From: Thiovulum sp. ES
GTDB taxonomy: Bacteria > Campylobacterota > Campylobacteria > Campylobacterales > Thiovulaceae
DNA: 60,626 nt
Direction of reading: 5' to 3'
Assembly: GCA_000276965.1 (NCBI GenBank)
Contig: AKKQ01000005.1
Coordinates: 1 to 60,626 of the forward strand
The notes beneath the pieces were generated by a model. The model was given only the letters and a program-made list of their open reading frames with translations, made no database searches and was not told the origin of the DNA. The translations under genes were made by a program, and so were the position numbers. Numbering within the stretch: position 1 is the stretch's first letter; every line of letters begins with the position of its first letter. This document shows, piece by piece, positions 35,555-45,122 of this stretch.

Positions 35555-36235
35555 GTGAGAATATATTTAGTTTTACCAGCTTTACCACTCTTTTTTGGTT
35601 GTGCTGAAAAGATGAAGCCGAGAATTGATTTTGCACCACCTGCTTATGTGGAGGAGCTACCTGCACAGGAAGAGGATTTAGGTGAGCCTAGCCAAGGTTC
35701 TCTCTATGGTCGTGGCAAAGTTCCGCTATTTAGCGACAGAAAAGCGATGAGTGTGAATGATATTATTACAGTAAGAATTTCTGAAACAGCAAGTTCATCT
35801 TCAACAACTCAAAAAAATCTTGCTAAAAGTAATGTTGGAGCTTTAGGTGGCGGACTTTTTGCAGGAAATGGTGTTTCAAGTTTTAATAATTTAACAAACA
35901 TTTCAATGGAAACTTCTACGGATTCTGCTTTTACAGGAAGTGGAAGTGCGGTGAGAAATGAGCAATTCCAAACAACAATTACTGCGAGAGTAATTAAAAT
36001 TCTCAACAACGGAAACTATTTTATAAACGGTTCTCGAGAAATTTTAGTAAATGGTGAAAAGCAAATTGTGAAACTTAGCGGAGTTATCAGTCCTTACAAT
36101 ATTTCGGCGGCGAATGAGATTGAATCGATTTATATTTCTGATGCTAAAATTGAGTATTTTACACAAGGCGAACTTGACCAAGGAACACAGCAAGGTTGGT
36201 TAGCTAGATTTTTTGGAGCGATTTGGCCTTTCTAA
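35555..36235 (+). CDS. flgH: flagellar L-ring lipoprotein
   Basis: Lipobox LPLFFGC. FlgH blocks GSLYGRG...LFSDRKAMSVNDIITVRISE, ITARVIKILNNGNY and VKLSGVISP. Confidence 0.9.
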   Translation: MRIYLVLPALPLFFGCAEKMKPRIDFAPPAYVEELPAQEEDLGEPSQGSLYGRGKVPLFSDRKAMSVNDIITVRISETASSSSTTQKNLAKSNVGALGGGLFAGNGVSSFNNLTNISMETSTDSAFTGSGSAVRNEQFQTTITARVIKILNNGNYFINGSREILVNGEKQIVKLSGVISPYNISAANEIESIYISDAKIEYFTQGELDQGTQQGWLARFFGAIWPF

Positions 36236-36292
36236 AAATAATAGAATTTCAGAATTAAATTTTAAAGGAGCGGTTTTATACCGACTAAAAAA

Positions 36293-37429
36293 ATGGAAAT
36301 TTCTGAAATTCCAACTCCCTCTTATGTTTTAGAGGAGAAAAAGCTACGACAAAATTTAGAAATTTTAAAAAGAGTTTCGGACGAGTCTGGTTTAAATATT
36401 TTGATGGCACTTAAAGGTTTTGCATTTTGGAACTCTTTTCCGCTTGTAAAACAGTATTTGAGTGGAACTTCTGCCAGTGGTTTGCACGAAGCACTTCTTG
36501 GCTTTGAAGAATTTGGCGATGAGGTTCATACCTATTCCCCCGCATTCAATCCAAATGAAATCGAGAAAATTGCTGAAATCAGCACAAAAATAATTTTCAA
36601 TTCATTTTCCCAACTCCAAAAACATTACGATTTTGTAAAGTCAAAAAATCCAAATATCTCAATCGGTTTGCGATTAAATCCAGAGTTTTCAACAACAAAA
36701 GTTGATTTGTATAATCCATGTTCTCCATTCAGTCGGCTCGGTGTGGTGAAATCTGAATTTGAAAAAAATATCGGAAATTGGATTGAGCGAATTGATGGTT
36801 TTCATTTTCATGCTCTTTGCGAACAGGGAATTGAAGATTTAGTTCCTCTTTACCGTGAGTTTGAAAGTAAATTTGGAAATTGGTTTGACAAAATTGAGTG
36901 GATAAATATGGGTGGCGGTCATCTCATTACACGAAAAAATTACGATGTTGAAAACTTGATTTCTTTTGTAAAAGAGATAAAAAACGAGCGACCTCATCTC
37001 CAATTTTACATTGAACCGTCTGAAGCAATTGGTTGGGAAACTGGATTTTTGATTTCTGAAGTTCTTGATATTGTGGAAAATGGTATAAAAATTGCAATTC
37101 TTGATGCCTCGGCGGAAGCTCATATGCCTGATGTTCTTGCAATGCCTTATCGTCCAAATGTTGAAAACGACATAAAAAATGGTGAATTTCATTACCGTTT
37201 TGCTGGAAATAGTTGTCTTGCTGGAGACATTATTGGCGACTATTACTTTAAAAATGAGTTGCAAATTGGTGATAAAATTTTCTTTAAAGATATGATTCAC
37301 TACACTATCGTGAAAAATACGACTTTCAATGGTCTTCCATTGCCTTCACTTTACAAGATTAAAGAGAGTGGAGAAATCGCGAAGATCAAGCAGTTTTCTT
37401 ATCAAAACTATAAAGAGAGACTCTCTTAA
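36293..37429 (+). CDS. nspC: carboxynorspermidine/carboxyspermidine decarboxylase
   Basis: 378 aa with the N-terminus TPSYVLEEKKLRQNLEILK... typical of this family. PLP-fold decarboxylase layout with GGGH and a C-terminal beta-domain. Confidence 0.8.
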   Translation: MEISEIPTPSYVLEEKKLRQNLEILKRVSDESGLNILMALKGFAFWNSFPLVKQYLSGTSASGLHEALLGFEEFGDEVHTYSPAFNPNEIEKIAEISTKIIFNSFSQLQKHYDFVKSKNPNISIGLRLNPEFSTTKVDLYNPCSPFSRLGVVKSEFEKNIGNWIERIDGFHFHALCEQGIEDLVPLYREFESKFGNWFDKIEWINMGGGHLITRKNYDVENLISFVKEIKNERPHLQFYIEPSEAIGWETGFLISEVLDIVENGIKIAILDASAEAHMPDVLAMPYRPNVENDIKNGEFHYRFAGNSCLAGDIIGDYYFKNELQIGDKIFFKDMIHYTIVKNTTFNGLPLPSLYKIKESGEIAKIKQFSYQNYKERLS

Positions 37430-37487
37430 AAAGTCCTAATGTAGTTTCAAATTTGATAGAATCATAGGAAAGTCTTTGGAGTAATAG

Positions 37488-37937
37488 ATGAAGGTTATTT
37501 TAATAAGAGCCATAAGAAATATGTTTGTTGGTCAAATTGAATTGACTCCCCAACCATTCAAAGCGGAATTAGTAGATGGCAATTACTTTGTATCTTCTAT
37601 TCAACTCCGTTCAAATACAAAAGGTGAAACTCACTATTTTAAACTCGTTTTTAGCGAATCATTGTTAAAAGAAGTATGTTCTGTTCTTCTATTTGAAGAT
37701 GAACCAGATGATGTAACAATGAAAGATATGAGTACGGAAGTCTCTAACCAAATTGTCGGTAATACGAAAGCTCTCATGGAATCAGTAAAACATGAAGATT
37801 TGAAACTTTCCATTCCAAAATTTGAAGAAGAACTCTCTTTTGAAGATGTTCGAAAAGAGCCAAATCCAATTCTCTTTAAATTTAATAATACTAATAGTAT
37901 TTGGTTTATGATGACTAGAGATACTAAAAAGGATTAG
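37488..37937 (+). CDS. hypothetical protein, possibly CheX/CheC-like
   Basis: 149 aa immediately upstream of fliN. The segment MSTEVSNQIVGNTKALME resembles the CheX-family helix. Weak call. Confidence 0.35.
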   Translation: MKVILIRAIRNMFVGQIELTPQPFKAELVDGNYFVSSIQLRSNTKGETHYFKLVFSESLLKEVCSVLLFEDEPDDVTMKDMSTEVSNQIVGNTKALMESVKHEDLKLSIPKFEEELSFEDVRKEPNPILFKFNNTNSIWFMMTRDTKKD

Positions 37938-37940
37938 AGA

Positions 37941-38333
37941 ATGGATGAGCTTTTAACAGACAAACGGAAAAGAGAGGAAGAACAAGCACAAGCACAGGAA
38001 TTAGAAAAAAGCATTACAAGAAAAAGAATTGAAGCAATTATTAAAGAACGAGCAACATGGATGGATTATGACAATTTTCTTGATATGCAAATCTGTTTTT
38101 CCGCTGATCTTGGGGAGACAAAGCTCTCTTTAAGAGAAATTCTAAAACTAAATAAAGGTTCAATCATAAATCTGCAAAAACCTGCTGGTGAGTCTGTTGA
38201 AGTTTATGTTAATAAAAGAATAATCGGTCGAGGCGAGGTTATGGTTTATGAGAAAAACCTTGCTATTCGTATGAATGAAGTTCTTGATGCAAATGGAGTT
38301 GTTTATAACATCTCTAAAGAACAAGCAAGATAA
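37941..38333 (+). CDS. fliN: flagellar motor switch protein FliN
   Basis: SpoA/FliN C-terminal domain: LGETKLSLREILKLNKGSIINLQKPAGESVEVYVNKRIIGRGEVMVYEKNLAIRMNEVL. Confidence 0.9.
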   Translation: MDELLTDKRKREEEQAQAQELEKSITRKRIEAIIKERATWMDYDNFLDMQICFSADLGETKLSLREILKLNKGSIINLQKPAGESVEVYVNKRIIGRGEVMVYEKNLAIRMNEVLDANGVVYNISKEQAR

Positions 38334-38335
38334 AA

Positions 38336-39364
38336 ATGAGAATAACCTTTATTTTCTTCTTTCTCATTACAGTCGTTCTTTCGGCAAATAACAACATAAG
38401 AATTGTTGGTTTTAATGTTAAGGAGAGAGATAGTCGGGTTGATTTGGCAATTGCATTTTCAGATCAATACAACGGTCGTGTAACAAGACAAGTTGGGGAC
38501 ACTCTTACCAAACTTATAATTGATAATGCCCGTTTAGATCGTAGTGATACTCGTGTGCTAAATAGTAATACTGTTATTAGTAAAATAGACCTTTTACCTT
38601 ACGATGATAGAGTTGAACTTGTTCTTTCTGTCATGGGAAAAGCAAAAATAATTTATAGAAAAGTTGATGGCGGATACGGTATTATTATTGAGATACACGA
38701 TACAACTTTTTCAAATGATAATGAGGTGATTGCTGAAGGTCAATCTGCTTTTGATTCACTTTCAGCGGAATATTTTTTCACACTTATTATTTTGCTAATC
38801 ATTGTTATTTTGCTATTTTTTATAAAGAAAAATGTTGAAAGAAAGAACGAAGAGAGGCTTCAACGAAAATCTCATAAGACAAAAACACCGTTAGATAATA
38901 TGGATATGTTGCTTGATAGCACTCCACCAATAAATAATGGAAATCTTCTTGATAGGGTTCAACCTCCACCAATGGATTTTCCTAGAAAGAAAAATACAAA
39001 TTCACAAAGAAATAGTAATTCTATTGGAAATGGAATAGGTGGAGATAGTTTTGAACTTGGAAATCCCCCAGTTAAAAAAAGCGAGGGTGGATTAAGAAAG
39101 TATTCACAAAGTGCTGGACGAATCTCTATTCTTTCTGAAGAGACAACAGAAATTGGAAGAATTGCTGTTTTACAAATTGATGATGTTAAATACACAATTA
39201 TGGAAGCAGTGAATGGAACAATTACTTTATTAAATAAAGAGGGTCTTTCTCAAAAAAGTAGAAACAGTATAAAAAGAGAAGAGGAGAGAGATTATAGAAG
39301 AGAAGAGAGAGATAAGGAAGATTTGAGAAACTTCTTTAGAGACTCAAAAAACCTCAATATATAG
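38336..39364 (+). CDS. hypothetical single-pass membrane protein (flagellar-cluster associated)
   Basis: Signal/anchor at the N-terminus and a central TM segment YFFTLIILLIIVILLFFI. The cytoplasmic tail is low-complexity and R/E-rich. Starts 3 nt after the fliN stop. Confidence 0.5.
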   Translation: MRITFIFFFLITVVLSANNNIRIVGFNVKERDSRVDLAIAFSDQYNGRVTRQVGDTLTKLIIDNARLDRSDTRVLNSNTVISKIDLLPYDDRVELVLSVMGKAKIIYRKVDGGYGIIIEIHDTTFSNDNEVIAEGQSAFDSLSAEYFFTLIILLIIVILLFFIKKNVERKNEERLQRKSHKTKTPLDNMDMLLDSTPPINNGNLLDRVQPPPMDFPRKKNTNSQRNSNSIGNGIGGDSFELGNPPVKKSEGGLRKYSQSAGRISILSEETTEIGRIAVLQIDDVKYTIMEAVNGTITLLNKEGLSQKSRNSIKREEERDYRREERDKEDLRNFFRDSKNLNI

Positions 39365-39395
39365 AAATATAAAAGGAGGAAGTCTCCTCCAAAAA

Positions 39396-40211
39396 TCAAC
39401 TAACTTTTCGATTTTTCCAAACAGTTATCAAAGCTAAAAATAGAGAAATAACAATTGAGATTGTGAAAAGTTTTGTTGTATCTTCAAAAAATTCAAAAAT
39501 ATCAACTTCAATTGAGATCATTGAAAATAGTTCATGCAACCAGCCATTTACATCAAGGGTAATAAAAGTTGCAACAACAAGAATTGAAGAGACAAGAGCA
39601 TCAACAATTGCAACTTTAAAAAGAACAGCACTTCTCATCCAAATTGGAGCACCAAAAAGTGCCATAATATTCATTCGTTCTGTGTGTTCAAATTGCCAAA
39701 TTCTCATCTCTTTAATAACAAGAAGTCCAGAAACAAGAAAAATTGCTACAAGCAAAACATTACTAATATCTTTAAAAAGAATTAGAAGTTTGTAAGTTTG
39801 GTCATGAGCTTTACTATAAGTTTCAACTCTTGAAACTTCAGCAACTCGTAACATATCTTCACGGATATTTGAGAGTTCTGCGGGACTCGGATATTTTTTA
39901 AGAAAAACTCTGTAAAAACTAGGAAGATTCTCTTTTAAAGCTCCCAAATCAGCTTTATTTAATTCATCTCTCAATCGGTCTATAACTTTTTTGGGATCAA
40001 TCATTTCGACTTTTCCAACTTGAAAAACACTCTGCTTAATAATATCTGGATTTATTTGAGACTTTGCAACCGCAATAATGGAGTAATTGCTTTTTAAAGT
40101 ATCCTCATAAATTTCAATTGTTCTATCAATAACAAAAAAGACTTGCAGAGTAAAAAGAATTGTAAAAAGTGCAATAATAAGAGAGATATGTTCTCTAACA
40201 ATTAGTGTCAT
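39396..40211 (-). CDS. ftsX: FtsX-like ABC permease
   Basis: 271 aa with four TM segments and a large first periplasmic loop. Overlaps the ftsE stop by 4 nt. Confidence 0.65.
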   Translation of the reverse strand: MTLIVREHISLIIALFTILFTLQVFFVIDRTIEIYEDTLKSNYSIIAVAKSQINPDIIKQSVFQVGKVEMIDPKKVIDRLRDELNKADLGALKENLPSFYRVFLKKYPSPAELSNIREDMLRVAEVSRVETYSKAHDQTYKLLILFKDISNVLLVAIFLVSGLLVIKEMRIWQFEHTERMNIMALFGAPIWMRSAVLFKVAIVDALVSSILVVATFITLDVNGWLHELFSMISIEVDIFEFFEDTTKLFTISIVISLFLALITVWKNRKVS

Positions 40212-40915
40212 CGTCTAGCTCCCATACCGTAATCATCCTCACGAATTAAACGACCGTCATGCAGAGTATAATGTGTGTAATCAACATTTAATTGTGGCGG
40301 AATATCATGAGTAACAACAACGATTGTTGTCTCAAGCTGAGTATTTGCACCTGCAAGAAGTTTCCAAATAACTGAGCTTGAATAGACATCAAGGTTTCCA
40401 GTTGGCTCATCAGCAAGAATAATTGCTGGATTGTGAGATAAAGCCCTAGCCATCGCAACTCGCTGTTGTTCTCCACCTGAAAGTTCCATTGGAAAACGAC
40501 CTTTTCGATTATACAAATCAACATGTGAAAGGAGCTTTTCAACTTGTGCTTCTGAAACCCGCTTAGAGTATCCTGCAACAATAAGAGGCAACATCACATT
40601 TTTATCAATTGTCCACTCTTTAATCAATTTGTAGTCTTGAAAAACTATACCGATATGTTTTCGCAAATTCATCAAATTTTTTTCGGAGATTCCTGTTATT
40701 GGAGTGTCAGTAACAACCAATTCACCACTTGTTGGTTTTATATCTCCATAAAAAGATTTTAGGAGTGTCGATTTTCCACTACCACTTGGACCAGTAATAA
40801 AAACAAACTCCCCTTTTCGGACCTGAAAAGAGGCATCAATTATAATTGGTTCTTCTTCATTGTAAGCAAGGGAAAGGTTTCTTGCGGAAATAAAAATCTG
40901 TTCGTCTGAATACAT
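40208..40915 (-). CDS. ftsE: FtsE-like ABC ATPase
   Basis: Walker A GPSGSGKST, signature LSGGEQQR, Walker B ILADEPTGNLD. Confidence 0.85.
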   Translation of the reverse strand: MYSDEQIFISARNLSLAYNEEEPIIIDASFQVRKGEFVFITGPSGSGKSTLLKSFYGDIKPTSGELVVTDTPITGISEKNLMNLRKHIGIVFQDYKLIKEWTIDKNVMLPLIVAGYSKRVSEAQVEKLLSHVDLYNRKGRFPMELSGGEQQRVAMARALSHNPAIILADEPTGNLDVYSSSVIWKLLAGANTQLETTIVVVTHDIPPQLNVDYTHYTLHDGRLIREDDYGMGARR

Positions 40916-40917
40916 CT

Positions 40918-42102
40918 CTATAATAACTCTCTTAGGTGTTTATCAATCTCTCGATTCACCTCAATTTCCAGAGGCTTTCTTATTAAGTATTCTATCTTAT
41001 TTGAGTCTGTAAAGAGAAAACGAGTTTCAGGATAGTTGTAACTACCACCTACAATTTGAAATACAAACTCAGTTTCAGAGATTTCAAAAATATCAACAAA
41101 ACTGATAAACCAATTTTCACGGAGAATTTTTGTGCCGATGAGGTTTTTAATTTCAGAAAAATCTTCTCGTTTTCGATGGTAAAAAAGTGGGAGTTCCTCA
41201 ACAAGTCGCAAAGAATCGCTTTTATCCAGATTTGTGATTCGGAAATTGTAGATATTTTTCTCAAGTTTTATCCAGCGGTCTTCATATTTACTGGTGATGT
41301 CAATTTGTTGATTTTTGAGAAGTTCCATTTTTAGCTTCTCCTCTTTTAAAAAGAGATCAAGAGACCACTGAAAATAGTTTTCGCTATCAGTTCGCAATTC
41401 CAAAATTCCAAGGTGTTTTAACACCCGTTTTGACTCAACAATAAATTGCGGATTTATCACCCGCCGATGAGGTCGCTTGTCCCACGGAACAGGAAAATGA
41501 ACATAAATAGTATCAATTGAATTTGACGGCAAAGTTTCCAAAAAAAGCCGTGCATCAAAATCAAGTAAATAGATATTTTTCAGACCCTGAATTTCAATTT
41601 GTTTTAAAACTTGTTCAATTGATGGTTTGTGAATTTCAACACCGATAAAAAAGGAATCAGGCTCATTTTTTGCACGATGTAAAATGTGGCGACCACTACC
41701 AAAACCAATTTCAATTTGCACCCTGTTTTTCTTGACTTTCCAAAAATCCTCTTCAAAAAATTGTGGAGTTTTTAATTTAGAATTTTGCGGAATATGTTGG
41801 GACTCTTTCAAATTCAGATTTGAAAAAAGAATTTCACTTTTTGTGAATTTTCCAAAAGTTTCAATCGCTTTATGAAGTGGAAAATTTGGAGATGGTCTTG
41901 TATTTTTATCGCCTTTTACAAGCCATTTTTCATCTCGTTTTTGAATCGAGAGAAACATATCAATATTTCGGAATGAAGTTAGAACAGAATAATTTTCACC
42001 CCATCGCAAACTTTTTCCAATAAAATGGAAACTGACCTCATCGCTATCGATTTTATCTTTGAATTTTTTTTTGTCAAAATCTTTTATAAAAATGTGTGGC
42101 AA
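40918..42102 (-). CDS. trmB: tRNA (guanine46-N7)-methyltransferase with N- and C-terminal extensions
   Basis: Core block IEIGFGSGRHIL...FIGVEIH...VHFPVPWDKRPHRRV. 394 aa. Confidence 0.85.
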   Translation of the reverse strand: MPHIFIKDFDKKKFKDKIDSDEVSFHFIGKSLRWGENYSVLTSFRNIDMFLSIQKRDEKWLVKGDKNTRPSPNFPLHKAIETFGKFTKSEILFSNLNLKESQHIPQNSKLKTPQFFEEDFWKVKKNRVQIEIGFGSGRHILHRAKNEPDSFFIGVEIHKPSIEQVLKQIEIQGLKNIYLLDFDARLFLETLPSNSIDTIYVHFPVPWDKRPHRRVINPQFIVESKRVLKHLGILELRTDSENYFQWSLDLFLKEEKLKMELLKNQQIDITSKYEDRWIKLEKNIYNFRITNLDKSDSLRLVEELPLFYHRKREDFSEIKNLIGTKILRENWFISFVDIFEISETEFVFQIVGGSYNYPETRFLFTDSNKIEYLIRKPLEIEVNREIDKHLRELL

Positions 42103-42103
42103 T

Positions 42104-43123
42104 CTATTTTCTCAAATCTTTCTCAATGTAATTTATAATTTTTTCAACCCCTTTTGGTGAAATAATATCTAGCAATTTTCTACTTTTCTCAGAAATATCT
42201 TCATTTAAAATTTCTAGGAGATTTTCAGGCTGAACACTTTTTTGCGGAAACAACCAACCCAACTCCTTATCAATTATAAATTTTGCATTGTAAAATTGAT
42301 GATTATTTGCATGTGGATACGGAATAAAAAGTGTTGGCAAACCATTCGCAGAAAGTTCCCAAAGTGTTGAAGCTCCCGAACGAGAAACCGCCAAATCAGA
42401 TTTTTCAATAAATTGAGAAAGTTTCGGATGAAAATCTATCAACTCAACCTCAATATTCAAATTTGAGTATGCCCGTTTCATTCTCTCAAAATCTAATTTT
42501 CCTGTTTGATGAATAATTTTGATTCCTCTATCGCTCAATTCTGGTGCAACTTTTATCGCAAAATCATTTATAAATCTAGCACCTTGAGAACCGCCAAGAA
42601 AAATTACAGTCTCAATTTTCTCCCGAACTCGTCTTTTCTCAAAAAATATATTTCCAATTGGATAATCTTTGATTTTAGAACTCTCTTCATAAGATGAAAA
42701 AAATGCTTTTGAAAATGGCTTTATAAATTTATTTAATTTTCCAATCATCGCATTTTGTTCGTGAATATAAAGCGGGGTGAATGACAAAATAGAATAAATT
42801 GAGGCAGGAGCAGAAGAGTATCCGCCGACACTTATCACGGCATCAACTCCGTTTCTTTTGAAAATTGTTCTTAACTGAAGTGAAAGTGTCCAAATATTGA
42901 AAAGTGATTTTAGTTTTCCAAAACCCTTTTGATTTGTTACTCCATAACTTTGTAGAAAAATCTTTTCTGTAAAATCGCTATCGTCTTCAAACCAGCTTTG
43001 ATCTTGACCATTTGACGAACCGATAAAAATTGCCTTATGTCCCCGCTTGACAAGCTCCTCTTTTAGTGCTTTCGCAATTGTGAGATGTCCGCCAGTTCCA
43101 CCTCCAGTAACAACAAAAGTCAT
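42104..43123 (-). CDS. murG: UDP-N-acetylglucosamine--LPS/lipid I N-acetylglucosamine transferase MurG
   Basis: N-terminal TGGGTGGHLTIAKAL. The C-terminal half is GT28-like (SRSGASTLWELSANGLPTLFIPYPHA). I re-set the start to the internal Met (MTFVVTGGG); the coordinate is derived from the ORF-track frame. Confidence 0.9.
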   Translation of the reverse strand: MTFVVTGGGTGGHLTIAKALKEELVKRGHKAIFIGSSNGQDQSWFEDDSDFTEKIFLQSYGVTNQKGFGKLKSLFNIWTLSLQLRTIFKRNGVDAVISVGGYSSAPASIYSILSFTPLYIHEQNAMIGKLNKFIKPFSKAFFSSYEESSKIKDYPIGNIFFEKRRVREKIETVIFLGGSQGARFINDFAIKVAPELSDRGIKIIHQTGKLDFERMKRAYSNLNIEVELIDFHPKLSQFIEKSDLAVSRSGASTLWELSANGLPTLFIPYPHANNHQFYNAKFIIDKELGWLFPQKSVQPENLLEILNEDISEKSRKLLDIISPKGVEKIINYIEKDLRK

Positions 43124-43189
43124 GCTTAAAATTCCTGCCCCATTTTTAAAATTACAAAATTTTAACAAAAAAGAGTTTTTCTGAAATTT

Positions 43190-43702
43190 TTAAAGTGTTG
43201 AGCCTCTTTGTGCAAGTTTTGGAACAAGCATATCAATCGCTTTTAGTGCTGAAAACTTTATCGCATCAAACCTAATCGCCATTGAAATTGATACATTTGG
43301 ACGAACTGGAAATTCATAAAAACCTCGCAAAGTATAAATATGGCTTAAAGTCTCTTCTTCTCTTTTGTATGTGTGTTTTGCTTGTAACTCTATTTCAGTT
43401 CGATAGAGAATTACATATCCATTTTCATTATATTGCAGTGGTTTAAATTCCAAATTTTTTAAGGAGAGTCTGATTTCGGAATCTGAATTTTGTCGATTTG
43501 AAAAATTAACATTTAATCGAGTTTTGAGTGCCTCTTTTAAGGCATCTTCAATAAGAAATGAGTTTTGCGGTTCTTCCGCAATTGTCTCAACTGTTGCATA
43601 AATATTTTTACCTACAACCTTGTCAATATAGTAGGCAGACGGGCGATAGCCCGAACATGAAAATAGAAAAAAAGTTAGAAGTAGAAAAATACTCTTTTTC
43701 AA
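43190..43702 (-). CDS. outer-membrane lipoprotein, possibly LptE-like
   Basis: Lipobox LFSCSG. 170 aa, located between ftsZ and murG. The functional call is tentative. Confidence 0.35.
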   Translation of the reverse strand: MKKSIFLLLTFFLFSCSGYRPSAYYIDKVVGKNIYATVETIAEEPQNSFLIEDALKEALKTRLNVNFSNRQNSDSEIRLSLKNLEFKPLQYNENGYVILYRTEIELQAKHTYKREEETLSHIYTLRGFYEFPVRPNVSISMAIRFDAIKFSALKAIDMLVPKLAQRGSTL

Positions 43703-43704
43703 AA

Positions 43705-45105
43705 CTACCTATTGTTTCCCTTGTTTCTCATCCATGTTGGTGTGTCTAAATGATCGCTATCAATTGAAGCACCTCTTCTTCCAAACCCACTATCTGGTGC
43801 AGATGGTTTTCTTGTTGGAAAAGTTGATCCTCTGTTTCCAATGCCATTACCTAAACCGCTTCTTGGAGGAAATCCGTTTGACGAATGTGAAGTTGGAAAA
43901 GCTCTCTCTGCAGAAGATGAAGAGTATCCTGAAGAATTACTTGTTCCACCACCAAGAGAACCAGTTTTTTGTTCAACTGATTCAAATGCCTCAGAATCTT
44001 CAACTTGTTGTGGTTTTGGTTTAGAAACAGGTTTTGGTTGCTGTTTTGGTGTTCTATTTGTTCTTGAGATAAATGGATCAGTTTTAGGAGAATCTTTTTT
44101 TGTAATTGTTTGAGTTTTTACATCTCCTTGTTTATCAAAACCTGTCGCAATTAGTGTAATTCTTACAAAATCTTTTGGTAAATCTGGGTCTGTTGTTGTT
44201 CCAAAAATAATTGAAGCATCAGGATCAGCAGATTCGTGAATAATTCCCATCGCATCGTGAATTTCAATAAGTGAGTAATCTGGATGACTAGAGAAATGGA
44301 CAAGAACTCCCATTGCTCCATCAATTGAACTATTATCAAGAAGCGGAGATTCAATCGCATTTTTGATAGCTTCATAAGCAGATTTTTCACCTTCAGCTTC
44401 ACCAATACCCATAAGTGCAAGACCTTTGTGGCTCATAACTGTATTTAAGTCGGCAAAGTCAAGATTAATATCGTTTTCACCGCTTTTAAGAATAATTCCA
44501 CTAGCACCTGAAACTGCACGAGAGAGAACATCATCAACAATTCGGAAAGCATCTTTCATTCCAACACTTTTATCAACTGTTTCTAAAAGTTTGTCATTTG
44601 GAATTACAACTATTGAATCACTCTCTTTTTTAAGTTCTTCAAGACCCTCTTCAGCTAGTTTTCGTCTTCTTCCGCCCTCGAATGAGAAAGGTTTTGTTAC
44701 AACTGAAATAGTTAGTGCATTTAATTCTTTAGCAATTCTTGCAATAACAGGAGAAGCTCCAGTTCCAGTTCCACCTCCAAGACCCGCTGCGATAAAAACG
44801 ATGTCAGCACCCTCTAGGTGTTCTCGAATTTCATCTTTGCTCTCTTCAGCTGATTGAGCTCCAACTTCTGGTTGCATTCCCGCACCAAGACCTCGAGTAA
44901 TTTTTTCTCCGAGCTGGATTCTATTTTCACAAAGACTTTTTTCAAGAACTTGTGCATCTGTGTTTGCTAAAATAAGTTCGATGCCTGTAATACCAGTACG
45001 AATCATGTGATCGACCATGTTTCCACCGCCACCACCGACACCGATAACTTTTATTTTTGCTCCATTTGGCTCTTCGCTAAGAACCTCTGTTAAATTATAA
45101 GACAA
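43705..45105 (-). CDS. ftsZ: cell division GTPase FtsZ
   Basis: GVGGGGGNMVDHM, the tubulin signature GGGTGTGASPV, and a long disordered linker followed by a basic C-terminal peptide. Confidence 0.97.
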   Translation of the reverse strand: MSYNLTEVLSEEPNGAKIKVIGVGGGGGNMVDHMIRTGITGIELILANTDAQVLEKSLCENRIQLGEKITRGLGAGMQPEVGAQSAEESKDEIREHLEGADIVFIAAGLGGGTGTGASPVIARIAKELNALTISVVTKPFSFEGGRRRKLAEEGLEELKKESDSIVVIPNDKLLETVDKSVGMKDAFRIVDDVLSRAVSGASGIILKSGENDINLDFADLNTVMSHKGLALMGIGEAEGEKSAYEAIKNAIESPLLDNSSIDGAMGVLVHFSSHPDYSLIEIHDAMGIIHESADPDASIIFGTTTDPDLPKDFVRITLIATGFDKQGDVKTQTITKKDSPKTDPFISRTNRTPKQQPKPVSKPKPQQVEDSEAFESVEQKTGSLGGGTSNSSGYSSSSAERAFPTSHSSNGFPPRSGLGNGIGNRGSTFPTRKPSAPDSGFGRRGASIDSDHLDTPTWMRNKGNNR

Positions 45106-45122
45106 CTTTTAACTCCTTAAAA